DNA of 64,000 nucleotides, from positions 372,001 to 436,000 of the forward strand of contig BDGG01000008.1 in NCBI GenBank assembly GCA_001949185.1, written 5' to 3'. The position numbers and the translations under genes were made by a program. The DNA is from Ramazzottius varieornatus. Taxonomy: Eukaryota; Animalia; Tardigrada. The notes below the pieces were generated by a model that saw only the letters and a program-made list of their open reading frames with translations, did no database searches and was not told the DNA's origin. This document shows, one piece after another, positions 34,925-43,329 of the stretch; positions within the stretch are counted from its first letter, which is position 1, and each line of letters begins with the position of its first letter.

Positions 34925-37119
34925 ATGGGTCCCGTTAAATCCTTCGTTGCGGCGATCCTGCTTTTTGCGAGCGGACAAGGATCCTACGCTTGGCGCCAAC
35001 CGCGTGAGGTCAGCACCAACTTTCAGATTTACTTTTGTTGATCCATTTATCTGCTGAAAATTCAGAATTATTTTTACGTTACCTTTTCTTGGTTTTAGGG
35101 TCGTCAGTATACGGAAAATTTGTCTCCGGCTGCTCCTGCACAACAAACAGGTGTCTCCTATGGAGGGAGTTCGCCGAGCTCTTACGATTCGTCCGGCACA
35201 ACTTATGGCGGTGGTGCTACCACCACCATGACCCCCTCATACGGCGGAAGCTCGTACGGGGGCTCTCCAACATCTAGCGGCTACGGTGGCTCTGCTCCTA
35301 CCACCTCAGCTCCCGCCTATGGTGGAGGCTCTTCTTATAGTGGAGGCGGAGGTTCGCCAATGTACGGCGGTAGTCCGCCAGCAAGCTATTCTGCCCCTAC
35401 CACCTCAGCTCCCGCCTATGGTGGAGGCTCTTCTTATAGTGGAGGCGGAGGTTCGCCAATGTACGGCGGTAGTCCGCCAGCAAGCTATTCTGCCCCTACC
35501 ACCTCAGCTCCCGCCTATGGTGGAGGCTCTTCTTATAGTGGAGGCGGAGGTTCGCCAATGTACGGCGGTAGTCCGCCAGCAAGCTATTCTGCCCCTACCA
35601 CCTCAGCTCCCGCCTATGGTGGAGGCTCTTCTTATAGTGGAGGCGGAGGTTCGCCAATGTACGGCGGTAGTCCGCCAGCAAGCTATTCTGCCCCTACCAC
35701 CTCAGCTCCCGCCTATGGTGGAGGCTCTTCTTATAGTGGAGGCGGAGGTTCGCCAATGTACGGCGGTAGTCCGCCAGCAAGCTATTCTGCCCCTACCACC
35801 TCAGCTCCCGCCTATGGTGGAGGCTCTTCTTACAGTGGCGGCGGAGGTTCGCCAATGAGCGGCGGATATGGCGGTAGCCCCGCCCCTGCTAGCTATGGTT
35901 CCACGCCGATGTCCGGTGGATATGGCGGCTCTCCACCATCCAGCTATGGTTCGGCTACTACCAAAGCTTCTTATGGCGGTGGTAGTTCATACGGAGATTC
36001 TCCTGCTTCGAGCGGCTCATCCTACGGAGCGTCGCCGTCAATGTACTCTTCCTCGTATGGAGGTACTGTACCTGACCTCAACGCTTAACTAATTTTGAAG
36101 TTTTCGACAATGACTTTAATCAACATCTTACTGTTTAATTTCAAGGTTCATCTGGAGGAAGCTCGTACGGCAGCTCTCCCTCCTCGTCGTATGTTTCACC
36201 CTCCTCCTATAGCGGCTCTTCATACGGCAGCCCTTCGATGTCTCCGTCAAGCTATGGCTCTGGCTCATATAGCGACGGAGCTTCGACTACCACTAGCGCA
36301 GCTGGATTATTCTTCGCCTACAAGTTTCCATACAACGCTCCATACTTCAATCCTATGGACAGTCGCAATCTTGCTGCACTTCTTGGCACTCAATCAAATG
36401 GCAATAGCGGTTCTGGTGGAATGGGAAATGGCGGCTCTTCTTATGGTGGAGGCTCTTCTTACGGTGGAGGCTCTTCTTACAGTGGAGGCGGAGGTTCGCC
36501 AATGTACGGCGGTAGTCCGCCAGCAAGCTACTCTGCCCCTACCACCTCAGCTCCCGCCTATGGTGGAGGCTCTTCTTATAGTGGAGGCGGAGGTTCGCCA
36601 ATGTACGGCGGTAGTCCGCCAGCAAGCTATTCTGCCCCTACCACCTCAGCTCCCGCCTATGGTGGAGGCTCTTCTTATAGTGGAGGCGGAGGTTCGCCAA
36701 TGTACGGCGGTAGTCCGCCAGCAAGCTATTCTGCCCCTACCACCTCAGCTCCCGCCTATGGTGGAGGCTCTTCTTACAGTGGCGGCGGAGGTTCGCCAAT
36801 GTACGGCGGTAGTCCGCCAGCAAGCTATTCTGCCCCTACCACCTCAGCTCCCGCCTATGGTGGAGGCTCTTCTTACAGTGGCGGCGGAGGTTCGCCAATG
36901 TACGGCGGTAGTCCGCCAGCAAGCTATTCTGCCCCTACCACCTCAGCTCCCGCCTATGGTGGAGGCTCTTCTTACAGTGGCGGCGGAGGTTCGCCAATGT
37001 ACGGCGGTAGTCCGCCAGCAAGCTATTCTGCCCCTACCACCTCAGCTCCCGCCTATGGTGGAGGCTCTTCTTACAGTGGAGGCGGAGGTTCGCCAATGAG
37101 CGGCGGATATAGTGGGTAG
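34925..37119 (+). CDS. Secreted Gly/Ser/Tyr/Pro-rich repetitive structural protein (exons 34925-35008, 35099-36062, 36146-37119); C-terminus uncertain
   Basis: Signal peptide MGPVKSFVAAILLFASGQGSYA, then REGR|Q. Two frame-compatible GT-AG introns join ORFs 35120..36088 and 36238..37119 into one gene. The 33-aa repeats flank a central FNPMDSRNL motif. Confidence 0.8.
35291..35857 (+). repeat. 99-bp coding tandem repeat, block 1 (5 full copies + 1 partial)
   Basis: Units start at 35291, 35390, 35489, 35588, 35687 and 35786 and encode SAPTTSAPAYGGGSSYSGGGGSPMYGGSPPASY. Confidence 0.95.
36460..37098 (+). repeat. 99-bp coding tandem repeat, block 2 (~6.5 copies)
   Basis: Same unit as block 1; the few differences seen are synonymous (TAT/TAC, GGA/GGC). 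Confidence 0.95.
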
Positions 37120-37697
37120 TGCGCCAGCCAGCTGTGTCGCACCGGCTACTTCTGCTCCTGCATAGTGCGCCAGGTTGAAGCGAGGATCGAGCGCTGGCTA
37201 TGGTGGCCGTAAATTTATTTCGCATTTTGTTCCGATGTCTGAGATAGACCATAAATTATGATTTTCAGGTAGCGTTTTTTGGGTACGGAGTGAAATGTTT
37301 TCCGATATCATAGTGGTATGTGCAGTATAGCTGATGCAAAGTAAACAGAGGACACTGTGCTTTGCAAACCTTTGCTATTAAGGGCAGAACGTTCCAGTTT
37401 ATACGTGCAAAAAATACAGGTGCAGCCTTAGAGTCACCGCCGTACGTGCCGTTATTTGTTTGCGATCGACGATCAGCGGACTTGGCACGCTGATCGCCAT
37501 AGTTCAATTATTCTGTCAGTTATTGGGCACTAAAAGCTGTTTTTGGTTCGTGAAGGTCGCGTGATGAATCACTCGCACTTGCACCTGTTTATCAATTTTG
37601 GCATTCTGACTTGACTGTACAATAATTAGTAGTTCAATCAGGACAAGACTGCATAGGTAACATCAAAGAGGAAAACTGGTCAATCTGGGTTCAGAGG

Positions 37698-38419
37698 TCA
37701 AACGTAAATGCGGCTGAGTGCCATAAGGAAAGCGGTCGAGAGTCCCATTACGACATTGGCGCCAACTGTCGATCCTGAATTGTAGTAACCACCTTGATAT
37801 CCGGATCCGGTATTACCGCTCACATCATTGTTCTGAAGTTGCGTGGCGGACCAAGAGTTACAATTATCGAAATTGCATCGACAGGTTCGGGAAATCCGTT
37901 GGTTCTCCGTGTAAGACTGGCAGCTGGACGAACGGGCCCCCAACGGCGGACTGTACAGACCAATACCGGTGTTCAAGTCGGAGCTCCGGAAGCATCCACG
38001 GTTGATCGTTGGAACCACAGTGGCTATAGTGAAAAAAAATACACACGTAAGATAAACCAGCCTGAAATTGATGAAATTTTGTAAATCTGGGATGAGTTTT
38101 CCGGTACGTACACTGGGCGATTCCAGCAATGGGCAAAGTGACCGCTGTCACACGACAAATGTCCTCGTCGTTTCTACATTGCTGCAGCATTCCAGCGTTT
38201 ACCCTCGAACAGTCTTGACCAGTCTGGAGTACAGGAATGCAGGTGTAACACTGAAGGGAGTGCACGCCTGAAAATTCATCATTGTTACATACTGTCCCTT
38301 CCACTTCCCGGTCTCAGATCAGCCGTAAGAGAAACAGCATCAACTTTTTGGCCAGACTCACCTAAGAGTGACAGGAGAGATACCAGGGCAAGAGCCAGGA
38401 TAGTTCCGAAGTTATCCAT
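37698..38419 (-). CDS. Ly6/uPAR (three-finger, quiver/sleepless-like) GPI-anchored protein, 3 exons
   Basis: Signal peptide MDNFGTILALALVSLLSLLG, LQCYTC...C...C...C, RGC, CRCNFDNCN terminal motif and a hydrophobic C-terminal GPI signal. Confidence 0.85.
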
Positions 38420-38637
38420 GCTAACGATTAGGGCGAGCGGCCTCACAAAAAAATATCTTTCGGCAGTTTTTGTCACGCGTCTGAGCTGAGAAGTGTACCA
38501 GCGCGTAAAACAAAATCGTGCGTGATTCTGTTAAACAACCGCTAAGTATTTTGAATCTTGGCAGAGCTGAACAATTTTTGACGATGCAGAGGACGTAATG
38601 AAGCACTCTCACTCTGCGTCCCGGCTGCCACAACCTA

Positions 38638-38845
38638 CTGTATTACCTCTAAGGTTTCGCGCAGTTACGTGACAGATCAGTGAATTACACCCGGGGCCTC
38701 GTATCACTGATTGTTTGATTGTGGCACATTCCCACTGCTTGATTGGCCAGGAAGTTTTGATTGATGGCAGTGAAGTTTTTTATCCCCGCCACGCAATATT
38801 TACTGGCCTGTCACGTGACTGCGCGAAACCTTAGAGGGAATACAG
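38638..38845. mobile_element. MITE with 38-bp TIRs (208 bp)
   Basis: CTGTATTACCTCTAAGGTTTCGCGCAGTTACGTGACAG versus right reverse complement CTGTATTCCCTCTAAGGTTTCGCGCAGTCACGTGACAG (36/38); TA on both flanks. Confidence 0.8.
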
Positions 38846-39417
38846 TACTTTTTTGCCATCGTGGTAAAAGCCGCGCTGCCTATCAACATTCCATGAATCA
38901 TGCTGATTCTACACAAGCTGAAAATCCTTGTACGCGCAGTAATCGAGAAAAGAAGACTAGACGCCCAGTGTGATTCATTTTTTTCAAAAACCAGTTCGGC
39001 GAAGACCATCGCGAAGCGCGGCTTTATGTACTATGATCATAACAACACAAAAACACTCGGCGGAGTATCTTCCACTGTACAAACGTTTCGACGTCGTCAA
39101 CGAAAACATCCATCTTTTTGACATCATGGATTTATGATACCGTATATGGTTTGACGACACAGCTTTTCTTCCATTTTTACGCAGCCAAGATCAACAACAG
39201 TTTCGTGAATGGTCAGAACTTCGAAAAGTTTCACGAGATCGGAAAACAAGTACGAAATACTGTTCGAAAAATTTTGATCGTTGTGACACATAACTAGCTC
39301 GAAGGAACAGAAGGTAAAACCAGAAGGACAAAATTTTAGAACTAAAATAATTTGCGACGTCAAAAGGACTAAAGAACTGCAGAAGATGTATTATTTTCGA
39401 ATGAACAAATGAATTTC

Positions 39418-41601
39418 GCGAAAAATATGTACAGGAAAAGTGTGGCTTCAGTTGTTGCATTATCACAAATATTAACGGTTCTTAGGGATTCTTCGTCTTC
39501 TTTCGATGACGCTTCAGAGTTCCGTTAGAAGTGTACTGCGATCCCTGGTTACTCTCGGAAGCTCCATCTGCATCGAAGTCGTCGTCGTCGTCGTCGGGTA
39601 AGTCGTCCAGTTCACCGTCATCGAACATTTCTACATCGGAAGGGATGGGTGAAGTGTCGTCATCTGTCGGGTAGGCAGCGTTCTGCACGTCTTCCCCTCC
39701 TTCGACAATCACAGGTTCATACTGAGATTCATTAAGCATGGAAGCTTGCGAGACTTCCAGGTTGTGGAGAGCCTCTTCGGCGAACACCGAAACGTCCAGG
39801 TCTCGGTCCGTCACTAGAACCCATAGACTGTAATTTTATTGGATCTCGAAGTGCGGTTTCACAGCTAGCTTACCGGCACTATCCAAAGTGTTACTGCGGA
39901 TCCTCACACTAAAGTCTCGCGACACTTCGTTGACATTCGGCATATAGGCTTCGAGCTCGGCAGTTTCGTTCGCCGGTGGTTGAAACATCTCCGCAGCTTT
40001 AGCCTTTAGGAAGCTGCCTTCGAAAAACCTTCTGAAGATCGGTGACGAACTCAGCAACACACCTGGAAACGGAAAATGGTGAAGACCTCGGATCAGAAGA
40101 GCTGAATACAGCCCTTACAGTGCTATGGCCCAACCCACGAAACTTACAAGATCGGTACTAAGTCGCGCAGTTTTCCACTATTATTACCTATAAGCTTGCG
40201 CCACTTTATATAACGACTTCGCGCGTTTCGTTTGCCGGCCTCCTGTTAATGCACGTTTTCAGGACTGAGATATCTGTTGACTGATACGTACAGGCAGCGT
40301 AAACGACCGCGGCGTCATCCATAGCTTGTCCGATTAGGAACGTGACCAGGAAGAAACTGTTGGCGAGCCAGAAGAACTAGATTGACATAAGAAAACAGAT
40401 TCAAAGACCGGAAGTAGTCCGAAGTACCCGTAATCTAAATATACTTTTTTCCTGACATACTTACAGTTAGCCTTTCGTCATGACGCAGCTGCGCAAGACG
40501 TCCAACAAGGCGAAGGATGAGTGAGGTAGTTGAACTGGCAATATCCCGCAACCTCAACGTATTGATTTCTCCAATCACTGCAAGCAAGAAAGAGCGTGCA
40601 AACGGGAGCGATAAAAATAGGTTTGCGTTCACATGATCAATCTGCGTGGTTTCGATCAAGATCGGTCACCTTCGCTTCGTATCGACTTGCAAAAAACACA
40701 TACACAACAAGCACACACATGACCAACGATTCCGCGTATACGGTACTCCATAACCCTCGTCAAGAGACGCACAACACTAACAGACGCATGACGACACAGC
40801 ACGTGCGGATTAATTCACACTGCGTCGATCAAAGCTCACTGACGCAAGACGTCACACTGTGAACCCGTAGTTCCCTTTGTTAGGCTGAACGAGCATCCAA
40901 ATTCTCCTTACCTCGCGCAGAATATTCTTTTTCAAATTCAAACAGCAGAATCCCGATGGAAAGGCTTAGGAATACATAAAACAGCGGCTGGTGTGGCTCG
41001 AAGTGGCAGATCCTGGGAAGAAAAACAACAAACACGATCAGTGGTCGAACCGTCCTCGACCGACGTACACAACCGGAACACGAGACTATCGCATCGGCCC
41101 ACTCCCGACTACGGGAAAGGTAACCGGGCCCCCACTCTGGAAGGGGGTCTGGAAGGTGGTCAGGAAGTGCCACTCGAATAGGACAAACGAATTTCGAAGC
41201 AGATAGAAACGAAGAATGGACACCTACAGGTAGACGCATGTGATGAGAGCGCTCAACAAGCCCGAAGCTGCAATGGTAAACCAGTCTTCATCTTCCTCGA
41301 CGGTGGTCAGATGATCCATAATCACTAAAAGAGACTAGCGTATCAACACAACGTTGAATATTAATGGCCGAAAAAAGGCCAGCTGATAGTGCTACGGTAC
41401 ATCGTCGTCCGAGAGAACCACAACAAATCTTCGTTTAATGAACTAGCCATGCGTCATACCGACAGGCTATGTGAAAGCGTGCGGCATGTGATCGGGGAAC
41501 AGCGCTGATCATGTGAGCATATGTCAAAGTGCTAAATACGCTATGTACTCAAGTGATAATGCAACAACCGAAGCCACACTTTTCCTGTACATATTTTCCG
41601 C
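39418..41601. pseudogene. Decayed spliced gene or transposon relic bounded by a 49-bp inverted repeat
   Basis: Minus-strand exon-like fragments with splice sites (including the acidic ORF 39482-39814 with a KRHRKK NLS-like end) are broken by stops and frameshifts. 39418-39466 and 41553-41601 are inverted copies (47/49). Confidence 0.35.
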
Positions 41602-42277
41602 TACGAGTAAGTCACCGAACTGGAGGATGCAGTTCTGGTACGTCGGAAGCCCTTCCGTATAACGGCGCAAAGGTTCTGGGCTCAGAAGCCCACGCCAAGA
41701 AGGTGGATCGCGATCGGAAGCAACTAACTTGAATGAGTCCACTTCTTCCTCGTTGCCCGAATAGAAGCTTCAGTTACGGTCCTTTTCTCTTCGTGAAGTA
41801 CCTTGCTTTGACGAGATCACCGTGTCTATTAGTTTGACGGTCAGATGAAGCTCTTTAGCTCAAAGTTCTGTGTGCACGTGATGGCGACCTCGTAACATGA
41901 CATGCGAGATAGGGAAGTAGTCCATCAGGTGTTGGCGCTTGCGGTGTCAATGAGTTCTTTGTTATCTGGCGATGAGGTTCTAACGATGAATAACTGAGTA
42001 TAACTTGACGACTTCATAAAAGGGCTCGTCAGCCTAATTACCCATCTCGAAGGAAAGATGTCTGCTGATTATTTTTTATCAATTTTTCCCTCGAGCTCGT
42101 GGTGAATTGCGCATGTGTCGGATGTATGATCGATCGTTGATAGTTCTTCCGGCAATCGTGCTTTGTGCTTCGAGCTCCTGAGGGTAACTGATTTCCGAAT
42201 TTAAAAGTTAATTGAACAATTTCACAAAAGTCTAAGTGTATAATCTCACTTATTCCCTCGGTGCTACAAAAGTGAAC

Positions 42278-42919
42278 ATGGCGCGAAGATGGATGGAACG
42301 CGTCTTTGTTTCGTCGTCTTTCGCGCACCTTGCTGGTTCGACGAACTCACTTCCGGATGGCGCTGAACAAGTATCTCCTTCCACATCACCCAGTACTCTC
42401 AGTCTATCTTCTCCGTGTGCCGAAGGAGTAATGCTCCAGTCCGAAGCAATATCTCCCTCCTCAACGTCAAGACCTGTCCCGATACCAAGCCGACTGAACG
42501 ACACCACCGAGAGCGAAGTTGACTCGGTTTTCGGAAGTTGCGAAGGAAGTGTAGGTTGCTCCATGAGTTCTTGTCTGTCTGAAAGACTGCAGCTTCAACT
42601 TCAAGCAAGGCAACGCCGTGACACCGTCGACGGTGAGTCGCAAACGGAAAATGCGCCTGGTTCTTTTTCGCCAGCGGAAATGGACTACATGCGTGAAGAG
42701 TACGGAAGAGCCGTCTCCCAGGCGGAAGATGCGATGAAATGCATTATTTGTCTCACCCACCCACGAGCCATCTTGCTCTCACCTTGCCATCATGTTGTCA
42801 CATGCGTCCTGTGCACGAAACAGCTCCCCCTGGTCAGTACATTAACTGGGGCCTTGAAGACCCAGTGTCCACTTTGTCGAAAAACGGTCAGCAAGACTAC
42901 GAAAGTGTTCCTAAGCTAA
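42278..42919 (+). CDS. C-terminal RING-HC (IAP/MDM2-type C3HC4) finger protein
   Basis: Ser-rich region followed by CIIC...AILLSPCHHVVTCVLC...CPLCR...KVFLS*, the typical terminal RING of E3 ligases; the true N-terminus is uncertain. Confidence 0.65.
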   Translation: MARRWMERVFVSSSFAHLAGSTNSLPDGAEQVSPSTSPSTLSLSSPCAEGVMLQSEAISPSSTSRPVPIPSRLNDTTESEVDSVFGSCEGSVGCSMSSCLSERLQLQLQARQRRDTVDGESQTENAPGSFSPAEMDYMREEYGRAVSQAEDAMKCIICLTHPRAILLSPCHHVVTCVLCTKQLPLVSTLTGALKTQCPLCRKTVSKTTKVFLS

Positions 42920-43329
42920 AACTGTTCAACTTCCGGTTTCCAGAAGAACCTGTTCACTTACAGTACAGTCGTGCCTTTTGACTCTTGTCTGTAATTGAAG
43001 CGCCGTTCGTTCTGATAGAATTTTGAAATTAGCAGTAGCAAAATCAAGAATTCGGCAGTTTATGACGTGTCAAGGAAATCTAAAAATTCGATATGGACAA
43101 AATAGAACGATAAATAAAAATATCCAAATAGTTGTATTGCTGGAAGAGCACATGAGCAAAAGAACAAGATTGGCGGCATGCCTATACATCCATGCTGAAC
43201 CGTTCTACACGATAAGCTACCACCAATAAAAGAGCAAAGCAAAAACATGTTTACTATAAAACATAAATCTTTGATATAGATAAAAACGTCAGTGTAAAAC
43301 AAGAGAAGAACTAGATAGTTTAACAAGAG

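Noticed and set aside
35286-37099. Long ORFs 35286..35858 and 36095..37099 (MVEALLIVEAEVRQCTAVVRQQ repeats)
   Set aside because: They are alternate-frame shadows of the 99-bp repeat. Signal peptide, splice phases and the synonymous pattern of variation all support the Gly/Ser/Tyr frame.
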